DNA from: Candidatus Levybacteria bacterium RIFCSPLOWO2_01_FULL_38_21 | GTDB lineage: Bacteria; Patescibacteriota; Microgenomatia; Levybacterales; UBA12049 | Direction of reading: 5' to 3' | Length of the DNA: 64,000 nucleotides | Assembly (NCBI GenBank): GCA_001782475.1 | Contig: MFOT01000014.1 | Coordinates: 12,109 to 76,108, forward strand | Shown here: positions 19,647-29,328 of the stretch, one piece after another | Layout of the letters: every line of letters starts with the position of its first letter | How positions within the stretch are numbered: the stretch's first letter is position 1 | Position numbers and translations under genes: made by a program | The notes under the pieces: model-generated | Databases searched by the model: none | What the model was told of the DNA's origin: nothing | What the model saw: only the letters and a program-made list of their open reading frames with translations

Positions 19647-21320
19647 GTGCCCCTATCAAATAAAAAACATAAAACCAAGTATATTTTTGTTTCAGGCGGT
19701 GTAATCTCCGGCATCGGAAAAGGAACAACCGCTGCATCAATTGCGTTTCTTCTCAAAGCCGCAGGCTATAAAGTTGCTCCTATAAAATTTGAGAACTATC
19801 TAAATCTTGATGCCGGTACGATAAATCCTATTGAACATGGCGATCCCTTCTTGTGCGAAGACGGTACAGAAGCAGATATGGACATAGGAAGCTATGAGAA
19901 ATTCTTGCATGAGGACATGGGAAAAGAGAATTTCGTCACGATGGGGGATATCTACAAGACTGTCATCGATAGGGAAAGACGGTTTGAATACAACGGAGAA
20001 GATGTTGAGGCAATCCCCTATATTACGGATGAAATAATAAAAAGACTAGACCATTTGGCAAGAAAGAAAAACGCAGATATCGTTACGATTGAACTGGGCG
20101 GAACAGCAGGCGAATATCAAAACGTACTTTATTATGAGGCATCAAGAATCTTAACGCTTAAAAGGCCCGGTGATGTAATCCATATCCATGTAAGCTATGT
20201 ACCAACTCCGGGTCATCTGGGAGAACCAAAAACAAAACCGACCCAGCTATCTATTAAGATGCTAAATTCTATGGGAATTCAGCCCGATTTTATAATCACA
20301 AGGTCCGAAAAGTATCTGGATCAAAGAAGAAAAGACAGACTTGCTCTTTTTTGCAGCATGCAAGAAGAAGACATAATTTCAAATCCTGACCTTGGGTCTA
20401 TTTACGAAATCCCAATTGTTCTTAATAAACAGGATTTGGATCAAAGGATTCTTAAAAAACTTCGGCTTTCGGTTCGAAAACCGAAATTGGCAGCTTGGAC
20501 AAATCTTATTGAAAAAATAAAAGCAAAAGGCAAAAAAAATATAGAGATTGCTATAGTTGGAAAATACTTCGGCACAGGAGATTATCAATTAAGAGACTCC
20601 TACGCTGCTTTATTTGATGCAATAGATCATGCTTCGTGGAAACTTGGGGTAAATAGCAAAACACACTGGATTGATGCTGAAAAAATAGAGCGGGAAGGCA
20701 TTGGGCTTATTGGAAATCCGGATGGAATCATAGTTCCAATAGGTTGGGGAGAACGTGGAGCAGAGGGAATGATAGCTGCCGCAAGCTACGCAAGAAATAA
20801 AAAGATTCCTTACTTGGGCCTTTGCTATGGAATGCAACTTTCGGCAGTTTCGTTTGCAAGAGATGTAATAAATTTTAAAGATGCAAATACAACGGAAAAT
20901 AATCCAAAAACAAAACACCCGGTTATTCATCTTATTCCAAAGCAAAAAGAATTTATGGAAAAAAGGGCATATGGAGGAACAATGAGATTAGGAGCATGGG
21001 ACGCAATCGTAAAAAAGGATTCTATGGCATTTGATATCTACAAAAAATACAATGGATTTTTAAATATTGAAAAAGGATTAGTAAGCGAAAGACATAGGCA
21101 TCGTTACGAATTCAATGATAGATTCACAAAAGATTTTGAGAAAAAAGGACTTGTTATAAGCGCAAGGTCGGTTGTTGAAAATCTTGCGGAAATTATTGAA
21201 CTTCCCAAAGACAAGCACCCATTTTATATTGCAACGCAAGGCCATCCTGAATATAAAAGCAGACCCCTCAATCCTCACCCTATTTTTCTTGCCTTTATAG
21301 AAGCTTGTAAAAAAACCTAG
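19647..21320 (+). CDS. pyrG: CTP synthase
   Basis: KYIFVSGGVISGIGKG, KTKPTQ, GLCYGMQ, RHRHRYE and HPEY motifs. Confidence 0.98.
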   Translation: MPLSNKKHKTKYIFVSGGVISGIGKGTTAASIAFLLKAAGYKVAPIKFENYLNLDAGTINPIEHGDPFLCEDGTEADMDIGSYEKFLHEDMGKENFVTMGDIYKTVIDRERRFEYNGEDVEAIPYITDEIIKRLDHLARKKNADIVTIELGGTAGEYQNVLYYEASRILTLKRPGDVIHIHVSYVPTPGHLGEPKTKPTQLSIKMLNSMGIQPDFIITRSEKYLDQRRKDRLALFCSMQEEDIISNPDLGSIYEIPIVLNKQDLDQRILKKLRLSVRKPKLAAWTNLIEKIKAKGKKNIEIAIVGKYFGTGDYQLRDSYAALFDAIDHASWKLGVNSKTHWIDAEKIEREGIGLIGNPDGIIVPIGWGERGAEGMIAAASYARNKKIPYLGLCYGMQLSAVSFARDVINFKDANTTENNPKTKHPVIHLIPKQKEFMEKRAYGGTMRLGAWDAIVKKDSMAFDIYKKYNGFLNIEKGLVSERHRHRYEFNDRFTKDFEKKGLVISARSVVENLAEIIELPKDKHPFYIATQGHPEYKSRPLNPHPIFLAFIEACKKT

Positions 21321-21342
21321 ATTTAGGCTATAATGAATCCTT

Positions 21343-21618
21343 ATGATAGATTTGAATTTTAAACCAGGAGATATAGTAAAAGTTCACCAAAAAATTAAAG
21401 AAGATTCAAGGGTCAGGTCGCAAGTATTTGAAGGAGTTGTTTTGGGAATTAAAGGCAGGGGAGAAAACAGAACCTTTACTGTTAGAAAAACTGTTGGAGA
21501 TATAGCTATCGAGAGAATATGGCCTATATATTCGCCAAACATTCAAAAAATTCAAGTAAAAGGTCACATAAAAAACAAAGTAAGAAGAGCAAAACTTACT
21601 TATCTTCAAAAATCTTAA
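21343..21618 (+). CDS. rplS: 50S ribosomal protein L19
   Basis: FKPGDIVKV, QVFEGVV, TFTVRK and VRRAKL motifs. Confidence 0.96.
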   Translation: MIDLNFKPGDIVKVHQKIKEDSRVRSQVFEGVVLGIKGRGENRTFTVRKTVGDIAIERIWPIYSPNIQKIQVKGHIKNKVRRAKLTYLQKS

Positions 21619-21621
21619 TAA

Positions 21622-21987
21622 ATGAAAATTGCAAATCCAATTGCAAGAATTGGTGAAGAGTTTGCTTCGAATTTTCTTCGAAAAAAGGGATACAAAATAA
21701 TCGAACGGAATTTTAGAAAAGGTTATGGAGAAATAGACGCAATAGCAACTAAAGATAATACGCTTGTTTTTATAGAGGTGAAGACAAGAGTTTCTGATAA
21801 TTTTGGAGCACCATTTGAAGCTATTACTCCCTGGAAATTAAACTCTCTTGTAAAAACCGCTCAATTTTATAAGAAACTCCATCCAAATCTTCCCGATTCA
21901 TTAAGAATAGATGCTGTTTCCGTTAAACTTAAGAATGATAGAACCTTAAAGGATATTCATATTTTGGAAAACATTAGCGGATTCTAA
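21622..21987 (+). CDS. YraN/UPF0102 family putative endonuclease
   Basis: GEE.A...L...GY.IIERNFR...GEID...VFIEVKTR. Confidence 0.93.
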   Translation: MKIANPIARIGEEFASNFLRKKGYKIIERNFRKGYGEIDAIATKDNTLVFIEVKTRVSDNFGAPFEAITPWKLNSLVKTAQFYKKLHPNLPDSLRIDAVSVKLKNDRTLKDIHILENISGF

Positions 21988-23984
21988 TATTCTTCTTTAA
22001 TTTCTCTTATTCTGTCTCGAAGCTGCGATGCGGTTTCAAAATCAAGACTTTTGGCGGCCATTTGCATCTCTGACCTCAATTTTTTTATTAAGATTTCCTT
22101 TTCATCCGGCAGGAGAATTTCCTTACCCAATAACTTAAAAAGTAAATCACTTGTGTTTTCTTCTTCAATTTCTTTTTCTATTAACTTTGCTCTTATTTCT
22201 TTTTCTATACTTTTTGGGGTAATTTTATGTTTCTTGTTGTATAAAAGCTGAATCCTTCTTCTTCTTCTTACTTCTTTTATAGCCTCCTTCATTGAGAAAG
22301 TCACGTTATCTGCATATAAAATTACTTCTGAATCTATATGTCTTGCGGCTCTTCCCATTGTCTGGATTAAAGAAGTTTTGCTTCTTAAAAAACCTTCTTT
22401 GTCTGCATCTAAAATTACTACAAGGGAAACTTCGGGCAGATCAAGCCCCTCCCTTAATAAATTAATTCCTACAATTACATCATATTCGCCAAGTCTTAAC
22501 TTATCTAAAACATCCTGCCGGTCTAGGGTCGCTATATCAGAATGAAGATATGAAACCTTTAGTCCTTTTTCTTCAAGAAAAGAGGAAAGATCTTCTGCCA
22601 TTCTTTTGGTAAGTGTTGTAACAAGGACTCTTTCTTTCTTAAGAGACCTTTTTGTAATTTCTTTTATAAGATTTTCTATCTGATTTTTTGTTGTTCTTAT
22701 GTGAATTTTAGGATCAAGAAGACCGGTGGGTCTAATTAATTGCTGGACAATTGCATTTTTATACTCACTTGCAAGTGATAATTCATATTCATTAGGAGTT
22801 GCGCTAACATAAATTAGCTGCGGCACTCTTGCCATAAATTCATCGTATCTAAGGGGTCTATTATCAAGTGCGGATAGAAGTCTAAACCCGTAATCAATTA
22901 GAACTTCTTTTCTTCTCCTGTCCCCATTATACATACCTCGGAGTTGGGAAAGCGTAATATGGGATTCGTCAATTACGCAAAGCCAATCATTATCTGCTGC
23001 TTTTTTAAAATAATCAAGAAGAGTATAGGGAGGCTCTCCTTCTTTTCTGTCGTCAAAGTATCTTGAATAATTCTCAATTCCGTTTACATACCCAACTTCT
23101 CTTATCATCTGCAAATCGAAATTTGTTCTTTGCGTAAGTCTTTGAGCCTCAAGGAGTTTATTGTTTTTTTTCAATTCCTCAACTCTTGCGGCTAAATCTT
23201 TTCGGATCTTTGAAAAAACATCATTATATGTCCTTGGGTCTGTCATATAGTGTTTTGCAGGATAAATTACAGCACCTTTTTGAGAAATAATTGTATCTGC
23301 GGTAAGAGGGTCAAAGTCGATAATCTCTTTGACTATATTGTTTTTTATTTCTATCCTTATCCCAAAATCGGAATACGCGGGGAAAACATCAATAGATTCT
23401 CCTCGCACTCTGTATGTCCCTCTTTTAAATTCGTATTCGTTTCTGTCGTATTGAAGATCCGTAAGTCTTAAAATAATATTTTTTCTGTCTATTTTCATAC
23501 CCTTCCTAATCTCTAAAATAAATTTTCCATATTCAACAGGAGACCCGAGGCTATAAATGCAGGAAACAGAAGCTACAACAATTACGTCTTTTCTGGTCAA
23601 AAGGTTTGCTGTTGCAGAAAGTCTTAATTTATCAATCTCCTCATTAACCTCTGTCTCTTTTTCTATATATGTATCGCTTTGAGGTATGTATGCTTCTGGC
23701 TGATAATAATCGTAGTATGAAACAAAATAGGAAACTGCACTATGAGAGAAGAAATCTCTAAATTCCTGATAAAGCTGAGCTGCTAAGGTTTTATTATGAG
23801 AAATCACGAGAGTTGGTTTTTGAACTTTCTCTATAACATTTGCAAGCGTAAAAGTCTTTCCGCTACCGGTAACACCCAAAAGCACTTGATAAGGAGTATT
23901 TTTAATTATATTTTTAGAAAGCGCATCAATAGCCTGGGGTTGATCTCCGGTTGGCTTAAACTTTGACACCAATTTAAATTTCAT
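21984..23984 (-). CDS. uvrB: Excinuclease ABC subunit B
   Basis: GVTGSGKT, YYDYYQPEAY, DESH and INLLREGLD motifs; UVR domain. Confidence 0.98.
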   Translation of the reverse strand: MKFKLVSKFKPTGDQPQAIDALSKNIIKNTPYQVLLGVTGSGKTFTLANVIEKVQKPTLVISHNKTLAAQLYQEFRDFFSHSAVSYFVSYYDYYQPEAYIPQSDTYIEKETEVNEEIDKLRLSATANLLTRKDVIVVASVSCIYSLGSPVEYGKFILEIRKGMKIDRKNIILRLTDLQYDRNEYEFKRGTYRVRGESIDVFPAYSDFGIRIEIKNNIVKEIIDFDPLTADTIISQKGAVIYPAKHYMTDPRTYNDVFSKIRKDLAARVEELKKNNKLLEAQRLTQRTNFDLQMIREVGYVNGIENYSRYFDDRKEGEPPYTLLDYFKKAADNDWLCVIDESHITLSQLRGMYNGDRRRKEVLIDYGFRLLSALDNRPLRYDEFMARVPQLIYVSATPNEYELSLASEYKNAIVQQLIRPTGLLDPKIHIRTTKNQIENLIKEITKRSLKKERVLVTTLTKRMAEDLSSFLEEKGLKVSYLHSDIATLDRQDVLDKLRLGEYDVIVGINLLREGLDLPEVSLVVILDADKEGFLRSKTSLIQTMGRAARHIDSEVILYADNVTFSMKEAIKEVRRRRRIQLLYNKKHKITPKSIEKEIRAKLIEKEIEEENTSDLLFKLLGKEILLPDEKEILIKKLRSEMQMAAKSLDFETASQLRDRIREIKEEY

Positions 23985-24051
23985 ACATCGATTATTCTAC
24001 CATAATTAATAGCTTCTGAGACACTTTGAATATTTTTGTCATATTGACATT

Positions 24052-24066
24052 GTTCTAACTTTTTTC
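24052..24066 (+). promoter_or_regulatory. Candidate LexA operator in the lexA promoter
   Basis: GTTC-N7-TTTC between TTGACA and the -10 region; matching motif at dinB. Confidence 0.55.
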
Positions 24067-24116
24067 GTATAAAATACTAGTACTTCGAGATTATCAGTTG
24101 GCTAGAGCGAAGTCGA

Positions 24117-24749
24117 ATGCATATGCCAGGTGTCATCTACAGAAAAGAGAGGGAGCTTTTAGAATATCTTGCTCAATTTCAAGCGCAATATGGCTATTCG
24201 CCAACCTTAGCAGAGCTTGCAAAGGCTACGGGACATCGGAGCAAATCCACTGTCCACGCACTTATTAGAGCCTTGGTAGAAAAAGGCTACGTTCAGAAAG
24301 TCGAAGGAAATACCCGTGTTCTTAAAATCATAGAAGATAAAGTTAGACTATCCTTTAGGGGAATTCAGCCCTCAATTGAACTTCCTTTAATGGGATACAT
24401 AGCAGCAGGTAAACCTTTGGAGCCACATACTGATCCAAACGCTACCTTTCAGATATCCGCCTCTATGATTTCGGGAAAACATACATCCTACACTTTGCAA
24501 GTAAAAGGCGATTCTTTAATAGAAGACGGTATTTTAGATGGCGATTATGTTGTAATAGAAAAGGCTCAAGAAGTTGTAAGCGGCGACATAATTGTAGCAA
24601 TTGTTGATGACAATCTTGCAACTCTTAAAAAATATTATAAAGAGAATGGTAAGATAGTTTTAAAACCAGCGAATTCAGAAATGGAGCCAATTTATCCTAA
24701 TTCTTTAAAAGTGCAGGGAAAAGTGGTGGGAGTAATTAGAAAATTTTGA
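24117..24749 (+). CDS. lexA: LexA repressor
   Basis: wHTH (SPTLAEL), IAAG cleavage site, catalytic Ser (GDSL) and Lys (TLKK). Confidence 0.95.
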   Translation: MHMPGVIYRKERELLEYLAQFQAQYGYSPTLAELAKATGHRSKSTVHALIRALVEKGYVQKVEGNTRVLKIIEDKVRLSFRGIQPSIELPLMGYIAAGKPLEPHTDPNATFQISASMISGKHTSYTLQVKGDSLIEDGILDGDYVVIEKAQEVVSGDIIVAIVDDNLATLKKYYKENGKIVLKPANSEMEPIYPNSLKVQGKVVGVIRKF

Positions 24750-25376
24750 TTATTTTTTTCTCAATTTAATAATCTTTAGCTTGTGGTTTAAATATATCAG
24801 AATAAAGAAAATAATAATACCCAAAATTATAAAATCGAATTTCCTGAAGTATTGCTCTAAAACATTCCATCTGCTTTGGAAATAAAACCCTATATAGGTT
24901 AGGAAAATTGACCAAATTATAGAACCTACAAGTGTATAAGATGAGAATTTCCATATATTCATTTCAAAAATACCTGCGGGGAGAGATATAAACGTTCTTA
25001 CAGCAGGAAGAAGTCTACTAAAAAATACAATACTATCTCCATATTTCTTAAACCATCTATTTGCCCTGTCTAAATCGTGTTCGTTAACCAAAATGAGTTT
25101 CCCGTATTTTCTAATATTTTTGACAATTATATTTTCCTCAAGAAAATAGCCAATGTAGTAAGCAATAAGCGAGCCTACGAGATTGCCTATAGCTCCTGCT
25201 AATACTACTGGAATAAAAGAAAGATTTCCTTTTGCCACAAGGAAACCAGAAAAGGGCATCGTAATTTCTGAGGGAATTGGAATAAGAGCTGATTCAAGAG
25301 TCATTAAAATAAATATTCCAAGATAGCCGGTGGATTGTATTAGGTGTATAATTGATAGAGTAATCTGCTCAAGCAT
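24750..25376 (-). CDS. dedA: DedA family membrane protein
   Basis: ESALIPIPSE and RLLPAVRTFISLPAG motifs. Confidence 0.94.
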   Translation of the reverse strand: MLEQITLSIIHLIQSTGYLGIFILMTLESALIPIPSEITMPFSGFLVAKGNLSFIPVVLAGAIGNLVGSLIAYYIGYFLEENIIVKNIRKYGKLILVNEHDLDRANRWFKKYGDSIVFFSRLLPAVRTFISLPAGIFEMNIWKFSSYTLVGSIIWSIFLTYIGFYFQSRWNVLEQYFRKFDFIILGIIIFFILIYLNHKLKIIKLRKK

Positions 25377-25379
25377 TTT

Positions 25380-26090
25380 ATGGGAATTTTATATATTGTA
25401 TCAACACCGATTGGAAATTTACAAGATATAGGAGTAAGGGCAGTTAAAATTTTAATAGAAGTTGACATAATTGCCTGTGAAGATACAAGAAAAACCGGCT
25501 TTCTTCTTGAAAAAATAAAGGATTTATATATGAAACTTTTTTCTCTTGCGACAGATATAAAAAGACAAAATTTAGTTTCCTATTACGAACAGAATGAAGA
25601 GAAGAGAATTCCTGAAATTATAAATTTTTTAAAAGAGGGGAGAAACGTGGCTCTTGTGTCTGATGCAGGCACTCCCGCAATCTCTGATCCGGGATTTAAA
25701 TTAATTCGAGAATGTATAAAACAGGGAATAAAAGTTGAATCTATTCCCGGTCCATCATCTGTGATCTCTTCGCTCGTTGTATCAGGTCTTCCAACAGATA
25801 AATTTCTTTTTGCAGGCTATCCGCCCAAAAAACCAGGTCATAGGAAAATTTTTTTCACAAAACTTAAGCAAGCAAAAGAAAAAGTTAAACTTACTTTAAT
25901 TATCTTTGAAGCTCCCCATAAACTCTTACGAACGTTAGATGAAATTAAAGAAATATTCGGGGATGTTGATTTGGTTTTAGCCCGGGAGCTGACAAAAACT
26001 TTTGAGGAGGTAAAACGAGACAATCTTTCAAGTTTAATTAGTTATTTTGAAAAGAAAAGTCCTAAGGGAGAGTTTGTAATACTTCTATAA
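25380..26090 (+). CDS. rsmI: 16S rRNA C1402 2'-O-methyltransferase
   Basis: STPIGNLQD, ACEDTR, SDAGTPAISDPG and RELTK motifs. Confidence 0.96.
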   Translation: MGILYIVSTPIGNLQDIGVRAVKILIEVDIIACEDTRKTGFLLEKIKDLYMKLFSLATDIKRQNLVSYYEQNEEKRIPEIINFLKEGRNVALVSDAGTPAISDPGFKLIRECIKQGIKVESIPGPSSVISSLVVSGLPTDKFLFAGYPPKKPGHRKIFFTKLKQAKEKVKLTLIIFEAPHKLLRTLDEIKEIFGDVDLVLARELTKTFEEVKRDNLSSLISYFEKKSPKGEFVILL

Positions 26091-27344
26091 AGCTTTAATC
26101 TGGTCTTCAATTTCAAGCAATCTATTATACTTTGCAACATTTTCGCCCCTTGCTGTTGCGCCAAATTTTACATAATCCGAAGAAACTGCCGCGGCAAAGT
26201 CAGCTATAAAATCGTCTGTTGTTTCAGCACTTGTAGCTGACACGATTATTTTAAGACCTGCTTGTCTTGCAACTTCTACAACAGCTAAAGTTTCTATTAC
26301 CGTACCAACTTGACTAGGCTTAACTACAATACCTGAAATTGCTTTTTTATCTAAAGCTATCTGAAGTCTATAAGGGTTAGTGGATGTTAAGTGATCTCCT
26401 GCAACAATAGTATTTGCAGAAATTCTATTTGTAAGATCGACCCACCCATTCCAATCCTCCTCGTATAAAGGATCTTCAAGATAAAGCAAGTGGAATTTTT
26501 TATTTAGATTCTCATAGTAAGTTGTAAGATCAGAAGATGAAAATTGCATAGCAGAATCCTTAATCTTATACTTTCCCTCACTATAGAAGCTGTTAGAAGA
26601 CGCATCAATTCCCAAAAACACATCAAATCCCACACGAAAAGCAGTATTTTCTATCGATTGTTTTATTATATTAAGTCCGTCTTCGTTTGTCGCCAGGTTT
26701 GGAGCAAAACCTCCTTCGTCCCCAACAAGAGTGGGTAGATTTTTAAACCCTAAGTCATTCCTTAAAGTACTGTATATATTTGCTCCCATCTCCAAAGATT
26801 CGCTGTAAGGTTTTGAACTGACTGGAATGACTAGAAACGACTGAAAATCTAAATTTCCACCAGCGATTTTTCCACCATTTAAGAGATTAAAGATGGGTGT
26901 TGGAATTTTAAGAGGATTACCTTCTTTTTTTATAAATTCTCGAAGATAAACAAAAAGGGGGAGAGCAGAACTTTTTGCAGCGGCTCTTGAGACTACCATG
27001 GAAAGGGCAAGCATGGCATTGGCCCCAAGTCTTGATTTGTTCTGCGTACCGTCAAGCTCAATCATAATTTTATCTATCTCTTGCTGTTTATTTACCTCAA
27101 TACCTATGATTCTAGGCGCGATAATACTTTTAATATTTTCTATTGCTTTTAAAACGCCTAAGCCTTTGTATCTATCTTGATCATTATCAATAACTTCTGC
27201 AGCTTCAAACCCTCCCAAGGAAGTCCTACCCGGAGAAGAAGCAGTTGCTAAAGTGCCGTCAGCTAAAACCAAAGCTACCTCAACCGTAGGATGACCTTTG
27301 GCATTTAAAATTTCTCGCGCCTCAATCTTTTTAATTTTAGCCAT
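26085..27344 (-). CDS. eno: Enolase homologue with degenerate active site
   Basis: Clear enolase scaffold (GDEGGFAP, LEDP, AKYNRLLEIE), but SHRS is SATS, QEF is QSF and HA is IA. Confidence 0.85.
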   Translation of the reverse strand: MAKIKKIEAREILNAKGHPTVEVALVLADGTLATASSPGRTSLGGFEAAEVIDNDQDRYKGLGVLKAIENIKSIIAPRIIGIEVNKQQEIDKIMIELDGTQNKSRLGANAMLALSMVVSRAAAKSSALPLFVYLREFIKKEGNPLKIPTPIFNLLNGGKIAGGNLDFQSFLVIPVSSKPYSESLEMGANIYSTLRNDLGFKNLPTLVGDEGGFAPNLATNEDGLNIIKQSIENTAFRVGFDVFLGIDASSNSFYSEGKYKIKDSAMQFSSSDLTTYYENLNKKFHLLYLEDPLYEEDWNGWVDLTNRISANTIVAGDHLTSTNPYRLQIALDKKAISGIVVKPSQVGTVIETLAVVEVARQAGLKIIVSATSAETTDDFIADFAAAVSSDYVKFGATARGENVAKYNRLLEIEDQIKAL

Positions 27345-27353
27345 AACAGAAGA

Positions 27354-28403
27354 TTATGATTTTCTACTTAACTGTTTTTTAAAATAGTCTACCCAAGGAA
27401 TGACGCTTGGATCCTGCCCATACAACATCGCAAGATAAAATGATAGATAGCCACCAAATGATAAAACCTCAAGCACCTGAGAGAGCTTACCGTTTGAAAA
27501 GGGTTTAAACTCAACCCACGAAACGTCATTTTTTTCAATTACACCCTTTGTCAGTTCATACCGCCTTCTTAATTTATAAGAGTATAAATCAGAACCAATA
27601 AATAAAACTTTGAGTTTTTTGTCTTGTGGGTTCTTGAGACCTTCCATTAAATGATGGTTTAGCTCGGGAAGCTCAGAATACGCAGAAAAACTTTTTGCAG
27701 TTTCGTTTATTTGATTTCTAATTATATGGGCGTTTCCATTAAGATGTTCTGCTGCAATTATAACCGGTATAGAATTATGAATTTTTTGAGCTAATTCTAT
27801 CGATCGCCCTTTTATTTGATCTTCATTCTTTCTTATTGTCAAAATAGCCTGGCTTACCTCATCATCAGAAACAGAAATGTAACCTAGGTTATTAAACATT
27901 CCAATTGTTCCCAAAGCCATATATCCCGTACCAAAACGAGGCTGTTGTGAAGGATTATATTTTTGGTCAAACACAATCGCAGGAATATTGTTCTGTCTCA
28001 CTATGTCAAGAGCTTTCCCGCCGTTCGTTAGAGCTACTAGTAACAGTTTCTTTTCTAATGCTGTCCGTACGCAATTAAGAGGTTCCTCAGTGTCCCCAGA
28101 ATAAGAGGAAAGGATTACTAGAGTATTTTGGTCCGCAAACCCTGGCAAGCGATAATCCCCTAAGGAAACTAAGGGAACTTTTAGTGAATCATGATATAAA
28201 GCACGTAAAACATAAGCGCCGTACATGGACCCACCCATGGCGCATAAAACAATATTTTTGACGTTTTTTAAATTTTCGAGAAATACGACTTTTTTTGATA
28301 ATTCCCAAATATCTACGCACTGATCTGGCAACATATCTAACGACTCATACACGTTGTTCGGATCATGTTTTTTTATTTCTTCAAGATCTCTCAAGTCAAC
28401 CAT
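27354..28403 (-). CDS. Bifunctional phosphoglucose/phosphomannose isomerase (SIS domains)
   Basis: MGGS, SSYSGDTEE, QPR, QINETAK and PELNH motifs. Confidence 0.88.
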   Translation of the reverse strand: MVDLRDLEEIKKHDPNNVYESLDMLPDQCVDIWELSKKVVFLENLKNVKNIVLCAMGGSMYGAYVLRALYHDSLKVPLVSLGDYRLPGFADQNTLVILSSYSGDTEEPLNCVRTALEKKLLLVALTNGGKALDIVRQNNIPAIVFDQKYNPSQQPRFGTGYMALGTIGMFNNLGYISVSDDEVSQAILTIRKNEDQIKGRSIELAQKIHNSIPVIIAAEHLNGNAHIIRNQINETAKSFSAYSELPELNHHLMEGLKNPQDKKLKVLFIGSDLYSYKLRRRYELTKGVIEKNDVSWVEFKPFSNGKLSQVLEVLSFGGYLSFYLAMLYGQDPSVIPWVDYFKKQLSRKS

Positions 28404-28429
28404 GATATGATAGTAACATTAGTTTTTAC

Positions 28430-28578
28430 TATTCGCAATCCTTACAGCATCCCTAGAGCCTCATTATCTAATAACCGGTTTACCAATAGTTTTCCGATAC
28501 GGGATCGGGATAGATATGACGAACCGGTATAATTCAACACTACGGCTATAACAGTATTAAATTTTCTTATTGAGAATA
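28430..28578 (+). ncRNA. Possible 6S-like rod-shaped RNA (boundaries uncertain)
   Basis: Nested stems with a central bubble at 28454-28550; outer stem only partly supported. Confidence 0.35.
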
Positions 28579-29315
28579 TGAATTGCTTCATCATGCAATA
28601 ACCCGTTTGTACCAATAAATCCTCGGCCAAAAATGTCCCATGGTTTTCCATCGATATGCGTTATTCTTCCTCCAGCTTCTTCAATAATTACTTTAAATGG
28701 CGCAGAGTCCCATGGCTGCGCATATACGTCAATTGTTGCGTCAATGCTTCCACAGGAAAGTAAGAAATGACCATATGTAGGTTCGTATCCTCTCACGCTA
28801 CCTACTATGTCAACTAATTTCAATAGAGGCTTCTTATTTTTAAAATGTCTTAAGCTTCCAAAGGTAAGATAACATTTGCTTAGATCGCTTATATTCGACG
28901 TGTAAATTTTTTTAAGACCGCGATGTGCCCCTTTACCTCTTTCGGCATACATTAATCCATTGTGTAGTAAGGGGAAATAACAGACACCAAGCATTACTTC
29001 ACCTTTTTTGTACAATGATATCAGAATACACCAAAACGGAATGTTCCTCGTAAAACATCTCGTCCCATCGATGGGGTCAATTATCCAAAAGGTTTCTTCC
29101 TCTTTGTCTCCGCCTGTTTCCTCAGCGAGAAACTTTGCGTTTGGTATGCGGGATAATATAAAAGACCTAATCGCATCCTCAGTTTGAAAATCCGCTTCAG
29201 TAACTACGGTTTTATCTTTTTTGATACTAACGAGCATTTTTTTTTCATAATATTTTAACGCCGTTTTCGCACCAATCTTGGCTGCTTCAATTGCAATTCT
29301 TAGCTCATTTGACAT
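28557..29315 (-). CDS. Inositol monophosphatase family (HisN-like) phosphatase
   Basis: VTEAD, AEE, WIIDPIDGT and PWD motifs. Confidence 0.92.
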   Translation of the reverse strand: MSNELRIAIEAAKIGAKTALKYYEKKMLVSIKKDKTVVTEADFQTEDAIRSFILSRIPNAKFLAEETGGDKEEETFWIIDPIDGTRCFTRNIPFWCILISLYKKGEVMLGVCYFPLLHNGLMYAERGKGAHRGLKKIYTSNISDLSKCYLTFGSLRHFKNKKPLLKLVDIVGSVRGYEPTYGHFLLSCGSIDATIDVYAQPWDSAPFKVIIEEAGGRITHIDGKPWDIFGRGFIGTNGLLHDEAIHILNKKI

Positions 29316-29328
29316 ATTTATTATAGAT

